Below are positions 26,104 to 39,400 of a DNA stretch of 64,000 nucleotides, one piece after another; the stretch's first letter is position 1, and the number at the start of each line of letters is the position of its first letter. The stretch is from Cenococcum geophilum. Its lineage: Eukaryota. A model generated the notes under the pieces. It saw only the letters and a list, made by a program, of their open reading frames with translations. It was not told the origin of the DNA and searched no databases. Where the stretch lies: contig CP158635.1 in NCBI GenBank assembly GCA_050273025.1, positions 4,278,001 to 4,342,000 of the forward strand. The letters run 5' to 3'. A program made the translations under genes and the position numbers.

Positions 26104-28231
26104 CTACCTAATAGTAAAATAGGCCTAAGAGAGAGCGAAATCTAACTATTATTTAATATTATAATAGAGGAAACTAAAAGATATTAGTATTATAGAATTT
26201 GGTAAGATCTAGAATATAATATACTAGAGTAAATAAAGGTAATATATTATAAGCGAGAATTTAATTATATGCCTTGCAAACTTTAAAATTATAATTATAA
26301 GCGTATACTAGTTCTATAAGATAATATATCTAATATAACATTATTAAAATTAAAATCTTTATCCTCTTTAATATTTATAGATATAGTATTAGCTTTTCCT
26401 TTACTAGTATAGGCCTATTTTCTTAACTTTTCTAGCTCTTTAAAACTTATAGAACTATAGCAGATTATATTAGCGATATATCCACATTGGAGCCGTAATA
26501 AATTTATAAATTTATACTTTTCTATAAAAGCCATTCTTTTGGCAATAGATATAGTTCTCAATATATATATAATTCTATACTAATAATACGCCTTCCACGC
26601 TTTAAAATTAAAAATATTAATTCTCTGTCTATTATAATTATTATTATAATACTATATTACGGATATAAAAGATATACTAATATTAAAATAGTAGCTAGAA
26701 GGCTTAATTAATGCCTAAAATTATTCGCTTAAAAATAAGAGTATTTAATAGCGGTTATATTCTTTATAATTATAGAGAATATATTACGGTCTATTTTACT
26801 ATAATATAGATTTATTCTAGATGCAATATATATATATTACTTATGTTAACACCAGTTTATAACTTTATAATTATTATTATACTTTTCTATAACCGCAAAT
26901 ATTAGAATATAAATATAATATAGATTAATTAGGGATATAATATCTCTATACCTTTAATTACGTCTAAGATTTCGTAGTATTGCTTATAGCCTCTATAATT
27001 AAAGCCATATATTACCTAATACTATCTTAGCCTATATTTCCGGCTCTAATAACTTAATAAATACTATAAAGAATATAAATTTAGTAATATATAATTATAG
27101 ACTTTATATAGTCCTACTAGGTCTATAAGGGGTTAATATCTACTAGGTAAAGGCCAAGCCCTAATATATTTTAGTAGTGTCTTTAATATATACGTATTAT
27201 AAAATACCTTTTACCTATACCCTATCTATATCTATAAGAGCTATATAAAATCCACGTTTATAAATATAACTCTAATAAGTTAGATAGCTGTAATTCTTAT
27301 ATAAGCAGAATATAGTATAGAAAAGTTATTAATAGATTTTTACTAATTAGCCTATGGCTTAGTTTACAAAAACTCTTATTAATATAATAACTATAACCTT
27401 ATTAGAATAAAGATATAACCATAATATAACCAGGTTATATAATACTATATAATTATAGCACCTAGTATACCAAACGCGTATTTACGCGTTTGGTGTACTA
27501 ACTACCTACTTATAACTAATTAGGGGGGAAGGCGCGTTAGTATATAGACTACGTAGTCTACCTTAATAGAATTGAAAGTCATTACTATCTAAAAGAGTAT
27601 ACAATACTATATGTATTTCGTGCCCCTGGATATAACTTACTTATATTATTAAATTAATATAAATACTAATTAGTAAGCGCGCACAGATTAGTAATTACTT
27701 AACACCTCCCCCAAGCAATATATAATAGCGACTACCCGTTTATATCCTAGTATAACCTACTAGAAGGTTAGAAGTTAGGGATTATAAACTATATCACTAT
27801 CTCTATATACTTATTTAAGTCTTAGTATAGTTTACTAGAAGTTTATAAACGTAAATATAGACCTTTATAGAACTCCTTACCCTCCTATAAACTATTATAG
27901 ACCTATTAATTGCCTTTACAGACTATTATAAGACCTCTTAAACTATTACGGACCTATTAATTAATTTTACGGACCGTTATAAGACCTCCTTTACCCCGCT
28001 ATAAGCTATTACTACCCGTTACAGCTTATATAGATATACTACGCTATATAATATAGTAGATATAAGTAAGCAAATTAATAAAGGTTAAAAGAAGTAGAGT
28101 TAGGGAGTTAACCTTATATCTATAACCGGCGTTAACGACTATATTAATTTTAGAATCTTTAAATACGGACACTTTAAGCTTTTAAATAATAATCTATAGG
28201 AATAATATAAGGAAGACTTTGCGGACTTTAT

Positions 28232-28379
28232 CCCTTACAACGTCGAGGTCCTACTGGAGGTGGTCCGTGCGGGAACACCAGAATCAAAAGTACGCGTATA
28301 GTCACGGAGCCTTGATCCTATTGATTCTATTGGCCAGCCCTTATCGATAAGAATAGGGCACATTTCAACGTTGCAAGGG
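28232..28379. mobile_element. 148-bp MITE inserted in Copia-B gag
   Basis: Terminal inverted repeats CCCTTACAACGTCGA / TCAACGTTGCAAGGG. Absent from the homologous site of the non-autonomous element (~25341-25362). Nearly free of RIP. Confidence 0.9.
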
Positions 28380-31300
28380 ATAGAAGCTATCTTTAAGGCT
28401 TATAACCTTATAGCTACCTATAACCTATAAACCCTCTTATATTACTAAGGTGTATAGGTTAAAAAGGATAAATAAGTTACTATTATATGATCTCTATATA
28501 ATATATTATATAAGGAGGACTAACCAGAATAAACTAAAGAGTAGATTTTAGATTATATTAAAACTAGCAGACTCTTTGCCTCTTTTAAACTTAATAGGAT
28601 CTCCGGTCTTATAGATAACCTATTTAACTAAATTTATCCTACAGACTAAAAAGATCTTAGAATTAATTTTATAGGCTAAAGTATACCTAGTACTTAAGTT
28701 ATAGACTATAATACCCCCGTAAACTAAAGTACGGACTAAAACCCTCCCATTGCTTAAGTTATAGATCCGTAAACCTTTTAAATAAAGATCTATAGTAAGG
28801 AGCTAGCCAACCTAGCTAAGCTCTATACCAATAAATCTAAATATAGCGGTAAAAACAGCAACTTTAACTTTAAACTGACTATCTTTATGGACCATTATTA
28901 GAAGGCTAATATTCCTAAATAAGAGTTTAGCTAAGCCTACTCTACTATACTGCGCGGCCTAGCCCTTAACTATTATTACACTAACCTTAAAAGCAACCCC
29001 CTTAGTGTTCCCTTTAATAAGCTATACGAGGCTATATATAACTACTTTAAAGGGCTAGAATATAAGCGTAATATTCTAACCTAATGGAATGCAATTAAGT
29101 TATGGACTGTAATTAATAAGAATACCAAAAAATCGACTACAGAGTGCCTGTAAATTCTTATTAAAGACCTTCGGCACCTATAGTACGGCCTTAATATTAA
29201 GCTTTAAACAGACAACTTCCTGTATAATAAACTTATTACAGCTTATTAAGAAGTAGAGCCCTATAAATATACTTATTATAAGCCTACAGACACCTTAACT
29301 AGCCTTATTAATAATTTACAGTCCTCTATTATAATGTATAAAGTCTTAAACCCGCCAGGTAGTACTTAAGCCTTTATTATAGACCTATAAAACCCATAAA
29401 CTAACTTAGATACCTACTTTATGGACCGCCGCTACTACTAGCAGTACCTATACCAACTAAGTCCTACACGCAACCCCCGTAGCAACTCCTATATAAAAGT
29501 ATACCTCTATAAACTAACTAACTAGAAGTGCTTTATATGCGGTAAGGAAGGATATTAATCTATAAGGTATACCTAGGAAGAGCGTAATAAGTCTAAGAAG
29601 AGATTTAACAGCTAGATTAACTAGTTTATCTTAGATTATAAAGGAGAGGAAGTAGAGGAGTCTCTTAATGAGTTAATAGAAGCCCTTATAATTAATTTAA
29701 ACTTAGATACTTAGGAATAGGAGACTTTAGAGATATTTCTAACTACTTTTAGACCTTTTATGGACGGCTAAGCCTTTAATATTACGACCGTATTAGCCAA
29801 CCGCTCCTTTATATACTTAATTACACCCAAAAACTAGCCCGTAAGTACACCTGTTAGACCTATTATAGACATTATAGACCGTAAATAGGACCTATTTGTA
29901 TATATTACTACAAAACGCTATACCCCCAAAGAATTCTACAGCGTTATAATTAATATAGGTGCCTCTAAGAAGTCTATTATAGGTTATAAACAATACCTTA
30001 TATATAAGACTATTATAAATAATAATATAGACATTAATACTATATAAACTAGAGCCATAAACGTCTAATTTGGCATCGGCTTAACCGCATTAATTAGATT
30101 AGTTATAGTTAAGACTCTAACTAGCCTAGTTAACTTCCACGTAGTAAAAGCGGACACCCCTTTCCTACTCTATTTTGCGGACATGGACAGGTTATAGGTT
30201 TACTATAATAATATTACAGACACTCTAATTAGCCCCATAATTGCCCTAGGAAGTAAGTATATTACCCTACCAATTATATAACGATTTAGACACCCGTTCC
30301 TTATATAGGGAGAAACTTTACAAACCTATATTTAGGAATCTCTTAACTATAACCCATACTACCTCACCAATATGGAAATCCACCGCCTATACCGCTGTTT
30401 CGGCCACCTATTAGCCAAAAAGCTATATAGAGTCCTTAAACGCTCTAGACACGACGACGTTAATAAAAAGGCAATTAACTACCTAACTAAATACTGCTCC
30501 TTCTGCCAGAAATACAGACGTTCCCTAGGCTAATTTAAGTTTACTCTTTATAAAGACCTTAATTTTAACCACTTAGTGTATATAGACATTATGTATATTA
30601 ATAGTAGCCTAGTATTACACATAATTAACAAGGCAACCCGCTATTAAGCCGCCCGTTGGTTATAAAATATATCCACAAAATATACTTAGGATATTTTATA
30701 AACCTGCTAGATTGATATATATATTAGACCCCCTAAGTATATTACCTTTAATACTAGTAGGAACTTTATTAGCAAGAAATTCTAATAGTACGCTATGGCT
30801 ATAGCTATTTTAATAAAAGCCGTTCTAGTTAAGGCGTATTAGTCTGTTAGGCTTATTAAGTAAGCTTACCTAGCTCTATAAAGAGCTTACTAGATTATTA
30901 TAGACGAGTATAAGGATATTTAAAAGGAACTAGCTTTACAGATAGCTATAAAAGCTATTAATAACACTACTAGCCTTAACGGACTAGTACCTACCCTCTT
31001 AGTTTATAGAGCCTATTTAAGGATAGGCAAACTAGACCCTCCTACCCCGTCTATTATAGATTAAGCAGCTATAATACGGAAGGCAATAGCTGAAATACTT
31101 AAGTTACGGGCCAAACAAACCGTTAATAGCGCTCTACACTACTATAACAGACCTAACACAACCTTAGTATATAACCTCCCGCTTAACTCTAAAGTCCTTA
31201 TATAGCGTAAAAGCGGCAATTAGACTGGACCTCACCATTTACTAGCTATAGAAGGCGAAACGTACTGTATATAACTCTCTAGCGAACTAATTAGCTTTAA

Positions 31301-33488
31301 AAGCACGTCCGTAAAACCCTATTTTCAGTTTAAAAATACCTATAATATTAAACTAGATAAACTAGAAGCACCCTTACCTACTTTAGAAGTCCCCTATAAA
31401 CTTACTAAACCTACTAAACCTGCTATAAACCGTGGCTAAGGATGCCCCTAAAAGCACCTTATAACTAAGAACCCTATAATAGAGAATTACTTAACCTCCG
31501 CAGGCACATCCGTAAGGCAACTCCTACCTATAGATATATCAGTCTTAGTATAAGAAACCACTTTTACGGACTTATAACGCAAAGAGATTAATAAACCACT
31601 TAAAAAGGGCATCTTTACAGTTATAATAGAGAGAGACGTTCCGTAAGGCGTCTGTATATTTAACTTACGCTTTATTAATAAGATTAAGCACCCTAGTACT
31701 AATAAAGCCTTTAAGAAATTAAGGCTTGTTATATAAGCTTATAACAACTAGGGAAAGGACTTAGTCCTTATATAATCGCCTATAATTTAACGAGTTAGTT
31801 AACGGATTATACTTATACTTATGCCTAGACTATAGCAAACTAAACTTATAGCCCTCTACTTACGGGATATCTCGCAAGCCTATGTGCAGTCTAATACTTA
31901 CCTAAATAGAGACATCTATATATAACTACCCCTTAAGCTTAACTTATAACTAAGAACAATTTTATAGGTTATAAAACCCCTTTACGGAGTGCTAGAAGCT
32001 AGAAACCACTGGTTTAAAACATATTACTAGCATTACGTTAGTAAACTTAAAATAGAATAATTAACCTATAACCCCTACCTCCTATACACCCTATTAAACG
32101 GCCTTAGCATTATTAGACTCTAAATAGATAATACCCTCTTCTTAGCGGACCAGACTTTTATGGACGCTAAAGAGACTAAACTATAAGAGGTAAAGTTCTT
32201 AGTAAAGCTATAAGAGTAGTTAACTAAGTAGACTCTAATTAAAGTTTAATAAAGGCTTAATTATATAAAAGGGTAACCTAATTTAGCTAATTTAGGAACG
32301 CCAAGCTTAAAACCTAAGGCTTATTATAGCAAAGCCTATAGGCCTTACTAGTTCCTATAAAGAGACCTATAAGACTATAAATACGAAGGACTAATACGTT
32401 ATATAGTATATAAGAGGCGCCTATATTGCTATAGTCTATCAACCCAAGTCTACCTATAATTTATCCTTTACGGCCCAGGTAACAGATCTATAAGAGGAAA
32501 ATATTAAGCAGCTTAATAAGCGTATTTAGTAGTAAATTAACAATGTAATAAGGGGACTTACTTTTATACCACTAGACCTAAATTTCCTTAGCGTACTAGT
32601 ATTTATAAATACCTCCTTTGCTAATAATAGAGACCTATTATTATAAATTGGCTTTATAACTGTACTTATAAACTATAATTAGGACGCAAATATACTATAT
32701 TAGTCCCCAATTAAATGCAAATAAGTAACCCGTAGTGTATTAGCTTTTAAACTATATATACTAGCTTATAGCTTTAATATAGCAGCCGTAATCAAATTAA
32801 CAATCTAAAAGATTCTATAATTAGAGCAGTTACCCCTAGTTTTATATACCAATTTAAAGTCCCTCTATAACTACCTAGTTAAACTATATCTAATATAAGA
32901 GAAGAGGCTTATAGTCGACCTAATGTGCTTACGTTAGGCCTATAAACGATGTGAGATTATAAAGGTTAAATAGATTAGCGGCGAAAACAACCTAGTAGAC
33001 GCTATAACTAAGGCAAAGCTATGCCAAGCTCTTAAACCCCTAATTAATATAAATAAGCTTAATCTAAAGGTTATAGAATAGGTGGAATAAGACTAACGGA
33101 GTACTTATGGTTCATTTACGGCCCATTAAAAGGCCGTATAGTTTATTTACAGTCTATTAGAAGGCCGTACGGTTTATTTTACAGGCCGTAAGTAGGACTT
33201 ACGGCCAGCTTAAAGCACCGTTTAGAAGGCAGCCTAGAAGGCACCTTAGGAGGGATTTCTTATATATTTCTTTTGTGTTTTATAGTTCTAATAAGGCAAT
33301 TACGGAGGCTATATACAAGTGGGTCTATCTTTAAGTGCCGCTAGTATATAATTATAGCACCTGGTATACCAAACGCGTGTTTACGCATTTGGTGTACCAA
33401 CTACCTACTTATAACTAATTAGGGGGGAGGGCGCGTTAGTATATAGACTACGTAGTCTACCTTAATAGAATTAAAAGTCACCACTATC

Positions 33489-36400
33489 TATTACGGACGC
33501 TTTAAGTACGATGTTACGACTACTTGGAGAAGAAATGGAAGAAGCTAGTTGGTTAATTTAGGCACGGTTTAGGATGGAGCCAATAGAACCATATGACAAG
33601 GAATAGTAACTAAGGTCATATAATGTGCTATATATTAAACAAGAGGAACGAGAGGAACTTACGTACCTTACGTATAAGACATACATTACGTATAAGAAGG
33701 ATTTCATAGGAGTACGGTTGTATATTTAAGGACCCTTAGTCCCTACCTAAATAGTTCCTTCCTTATAGTAATTCTCAGAATACAATTAAAGTTAATCTAT
33801 TAGGCAACCACTCCACCAGTTATTATTACGTTGTTAACTTTTATACTTGTATTTCCTATATACCTAGCCCAATAATAAGCCTACCATAGTTCTTGCTACA
33901 AGGTTCCGTTATATAATTACTACCTAGTTACGGTATTAATATAAGAAGTTAAATAATATGCCACCAAAAGCAGCCACCACGACGCTATTAACGGTAGCAA
34001 CTACTTTAAGGACAGGAGGTAATACCAGTATAGCAGATACTAACTCACAGCAACCTATGACGGTTAGATAGCTATAGGAAATAGTTAACTAGCTAACAGC
34101 TAATAATATAGTATTAGAAGAAAGACTTAATAGGATAGGAGCAGCAAAGATTAAGCTACTATTAATTAAGAGATTTATAGGAGAGAGGTTAAAGCTCAAA
34201 GGATTCCTTATGTAGATGCACTTTAAGGTCTCATAAGAGGGAGTAAAGTTATCTATACCCGTGGATCGGATAGCCTACGCAGGACTATTCTTATTAGGAA
34301 AAGCACTTAAGTGGTTTAAATTTTACCTTATAAAGATATAGGTAAACGGAATAACGACCACTAACTAAGACGTGCGATTTATGTTTTTAAGTTAGGAAGG
34401 ATTTATAGAATGACTTACGTAGATATTTAGAGACCCGGAAGAAATAACTATAGTAAAAAGAAAACTCTAGAACCTCGTGCAACGAACTTTAGTAATTAAG
34501 TATATAACACAGTTCTAGACACTAGCAATATAAGTAAAGTGGAATAATAGGGCGCTTAAGGCATAGTATAAATAGGGACTTAAGGATAAAGTTTAGGACG
34601 CGATTATCCTAATAGAAGATGCGGACACCCTAAGGGAACTAATAGATTAGGCGATTAAGATTAATAATTAGATCTACTAAAGGGAATAGGCTAAGAAAGG
34701 CTAGGATAGAGTTCTATAGTTGTATAAGGCGTAGAGTACGCAATAACAAAAGCTAAGTTAGAAATTATAGTATGGCGCAGAGCTAATAGACCTAAGTGGT
34801 ACTAAAGAAGCCTATAAGAGATGGAGTAAACTATAGAAACCTAGAGGATAAGAATTAGGCGATTAAAGGTCTAAGGAGCAGAGGCTAAATTAGGGATCTT
34901 ATTAGCAGAAGATATTCAGGCGGACTCTATAGTAAGAGAAATAGTTTAAAAAAGGAGCTTGCATAAATTGCGGAAAATAGGGTTATTATATTAGAGACTA
35001 TAGAAGTGGGCAGAGTTACTACGCAGTAAAGGGTACGAGACTAGTAGACGATATATACGTATAAAGGGACGATAATATGCTGCGAGGAATAAAAAAATGT
35101 TTAATTAGAAGTTTTACGTTTTGTTATAACAACGTATACTAAATTTATAAAGATGCTAAGTACGGCGCAAGCTATTAGCTATAAGAGCTAGCACCTATAG
35201 GATATAAAGGAACCAATAAACTAGTTTGTAGATTAGATATTAAGGATAATAAATTTAACCTAGGCGAAACATTCCGTAACGATAAGGTAATAAGGGCCGC
35301 TTACTAGGAGCGAGTAGACCTTAGAGATGTTATACTAAAGGTAGAGGATAATTCCACTATAGAATAGGAAATATTAGTAGGGATTAAAACCCTACTAGAC
35401 ATAATGTCTATCGCTTTACGAGATATAAGAGAAGTAGGATAGTAAACCACTTTGGCACTTAATAAAGGCAAAAGGCTAAAGGCTTAAGATTCTTATAGCG
35501 AGATAAGAGATAACTAAGATTCTTAAAACGAGATAAGGTAAGCTTAAGGACCTATAATAGACAATAACTGATAGAGTAGAGTAGTAGCTTAGTTTAAAGA
35601 TATACGAATAAGCTTAGGATAGAAGTTCCTATAAATATAAGACTCTTAAGACAAGATAAGTAAGATTTAAGACTTTTAAGACGAGATAAGAACACTAAGT
35701 AAGCCTAGTTAGACTAAGACTGGAGCTAAGCTTAAGTTAAAAGCAAGCTTAGGATTAAAGAACCTAAGGGGTTAAGAATTCGGAGTATAAATTAGGACAC
35801 CTATAGACAAGAGGTAAGGAGCTTCTTTATAAATTAGAGAATCTACGGTATAAATAGTAATTAGACTAGGAGACAAATATATAGACCTAGAGGATTTACT
35901 AGTTAAATAAAGTGTTTAAACTAAAGATTAAAAAATTAATACCAGGATTAAGAAGCAAGACGACTTTAAGGATTAGAACACAAGACGCAAACTAAAAGAA
36001 ACTATAGAAGAGTTTAGGCAAAAAATCATTATATAGTAAGAACAGAAACTAGATAAAAGATCTAGTATATTAGGATGTATAAAGGATAGAGTACTAGTAT
36101 AAAGAATTATTAATAGACCGAGAGTAGGCATACTAAGAGCTAAGTAGCTTACTAAACTGGAAGATAAAGAGGCTTTAGGGATTCTAACTAGGTTTAAGGA
36201 ATGATATATAAAGGGCTATTATAATACAGCAATAAGAAGATACTTCCTTACGGATAGACCGTATATACTTTAGCAGCTATACCAAAAGTAGTATAGGCAA
36301 AGGCATAATAATAAGTAGGAAGATTTCTATATATGGTTGGATAAAAAAGTTATTTAAAACCACCTAATTATAGAAAAGGCTATAACGCATATTAAAGGAG

Positions 36401-39400
36401 CCTTAATTATAATATTAAAGGATCTAGAGGAACGTTTAAAGAACTAGAGAAGTAAGAGGTGTATCTTAGTACCTATAAATAGAGTTATAACGTTTAGATT
36501 AGTATAATAAAGGTTTAAACTTAAGGACGAAAACGAGCTAAGAGTTAACCTAAAGCACCTAGCATACTATACGTTATTATGGATTGCGTGCATAGATAAT
36601 ATATACGAAATATATAAGAATCCAAAAAAAAAGAATCGGAAATACCCTATAAGGATGTACTAGATAATGGACAAGCAATAGTATAGGAATACTAAATATA
36701 TATATAGATAGCATCTAGCAAAGGTCTAAGAGGAAGGAAGTTTAGTACTTTAACTAGGAAGATTCCTTACGGAAGAATGCTTAGATGGATAATAGTAGTG
36801 GGAATGCCTAGAAAACACGTGTTTATAGTATATTAAAGATAAAAAGCGAACTAGGCATTGGCTAAAGAGTAAGCCAAATATACCAGAATTAAGTAGCTAA
36901 TAGTTAGGAAAAGTAGAGGCCCACGGGACTAGAGGGAGCTAGTAGTAGAGCCTTAGACCCTTAAAGGAATTTAAGGACAACACCTAAATTTATAAGTTAA
37001 TTAGTAAGATTAGCAGTTTAAAGCGCTAATAGATAGTGGAGTAACGCGAAACTATATCTTACTAGTAGTAGTTAAAAGAATAGGATTACCTTATAGATAA
37101 AAGGAGCAATCTTACCTATTAGTTATAATTTTAGGAGATCTAATAACCTATAAAGAAGGGATTATTAATCTTAAAACAGGACCTATTTAGATAACTATTA
37201 AAGGGAGACAAATTAAGATGTCTTTTAATATCTTACTATTAGGACGGGACAAGGCAGTATTAGGCATGCCTTAATTATAGGAATATAATTTAAGGATTAA
37301 TTAGATTACAGGTTAGGTTAATATTAGAAATACTTAATATTATAAAATGCAATAATAAGCTAAGATGGTATGGTACTAAGTAGGAGTAACCTATAAAGAA
37401 ATAGAAAAAGGACTAAGTTATATACTAAAGAGATACTATAAGTACGGTAAGAAACTATAGTTACTAGAAAGTAAGAAGCTGTTAGAATATATAGTATAGG
37501 ACTATAAAATAGAGTTAGAACTAGGAATAAGTCTAAAGTTTTTTCTAATCTATAAGCTTACTAAAGAAGAAGGTAGAGCGTTAAAAGAGTTTATCTAGGA
37601 AAATCTATAAAAGGGATATATTAGACCATTACAGTTATTAGCGGGTTATCTAGTACTATTTATACTAAAGAAAAATAGTAAACTAAGGCTGTGTATTAAC
37701 TATAGACAGTTAAACAGCATTACTAGGAAGGATAGGTATCCTTTACCCTTAATTAGCGAAATCTAAAATAGAATAGGTAATACGCAAATCTTTACAAAGA
37801 TAGATCTAAGATAGGCGTACTATTAGATTAGGATTAAAGAAGGTAACAAATAGAAGGCAGCCTTTAGGTTAAAGGAAGGACTATATAAACTATTAGTTAT
37901 ATAATTTGGGCTTATAAACATACTAGCAACATTCTAAAAGCGTATTAATAATATATTAGGAGAATACTTAAATGAATTTATTATGGTATATCTTAACAAT
38001 ATTATTATCTATTTAATAACTAAGGAAGAATATAGGGAACATATTAAATGGGTTTTAAAAAGACTACAAGAAGAATAAATACTAGTAGCAATTAAGAAAT
38101 ACAAGTTCTTTACTAGGAAGACTAATTTTATTAGATTTATTATTAAACCAGGCTAACTTAGTATAGATTTAAAGAAGATTAAGGCTATAGTAAATTAGTA
38201 GGAATTAAAGAACGTTATATAGTTAAGATTATTCCTAGGGTTTTATAATTACTATAGAAGGTTTATAGCGCAGTAGTTAAAGAATATTAAGCCACTTATA
38301 AGGTTAATAAAGAAAGAAGAACTATAGGCATAGGGAGAGGAGTAAAAAGAACTCTTTAAAAAAGTTAAAAAGTTGTTTACCTAGGAGCTAGTTCTTAAGA
38401 TCTATTAACTAAAACTAGAGACAGTTATAAAGACGGATATATTAGATTATATACTAGGGGCATACTTTATATAAAGGTATTAAAATAGATGGCACCTAGT
38501 GGTATACTATAGTTGAAAGATAATACTACTAGAGTTAAACTATAACATCTACAATAAGGAGTTATTAGGTATAGTTATAGTATTAAAGGAATAGAGAGTA
38601 TTTTTACAAGGTATAGAAAAACTATTTATAGTTAAGACGGATTATAAGAACCTAATAGGATTCCTAATAACGAAGGAACTTAACTAAAGATAGGTTAGAT
38701 AGGCAGAGATACTTACGGAATACTATTTTAAAATTTAGTATATTAAAGGTATAGATAATATAAGGGTAGATGCTCTAAGCCGCAAAGCTAAACTATAAAA
38801 TAAGGAGAAGCTATTAAGGGCTCTATTACGAAAGGATATAGACGGATTAATTAGGTATAATTATCTAAGAATTATAGCAACTTAAGAAGATAATAAACTA
38901 GAGAAAGTCTATAAGATACCAGAAAGCTTTTAGGTATAAAGAATTCTAAAAGCATAGCTAAAAGATCTATAGACGGATATATATATAAATTAAGAAGTAA
39001 AGTATATCCTAAGAAGCATAGTAGAGTAGTTTATGGAAGACTTCTATAAGGGACTAACTTAAGGATATAATAGAGCTACGGGCTTAGTATTAAGACTCTA
39101 GGAGGAGTATATTATTAACGGAATCTAGAGGATAGCTAGAAAAGTTATAAAGGAATGTCTAGATTACTAAAGGAATAAACTAATAAGGTATAAGCTATAT
39201 AGAGGGCTATAACCTATTAAAATACCAGAAAGACTATAGAAGGTTATATTATAGGACTTTATTATTAAGTTGCCAAAATTAAAAGATTCTATTACTAGAT
39301 AAGATTATAACGCGATCTTAGTAATAATAGATAAGCTTATAAAGTGGGGATACTTTATAGTATATATAGAAGAAATCTTAGCAGAAGATATCGCTAGAAT

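Noticed and set aside
28229..28382. Tc1/mariner-type MITE with TA TSD
   Set aside because: Inconsistent by 2 nt with the empty homologous site at ~25341-25357.
36900..37000. Programmed gag-pol frameshift or readthrough signal in Gypsy-A
   Set aside because: RIP-generated stops make the native junction unreadable from two copies.
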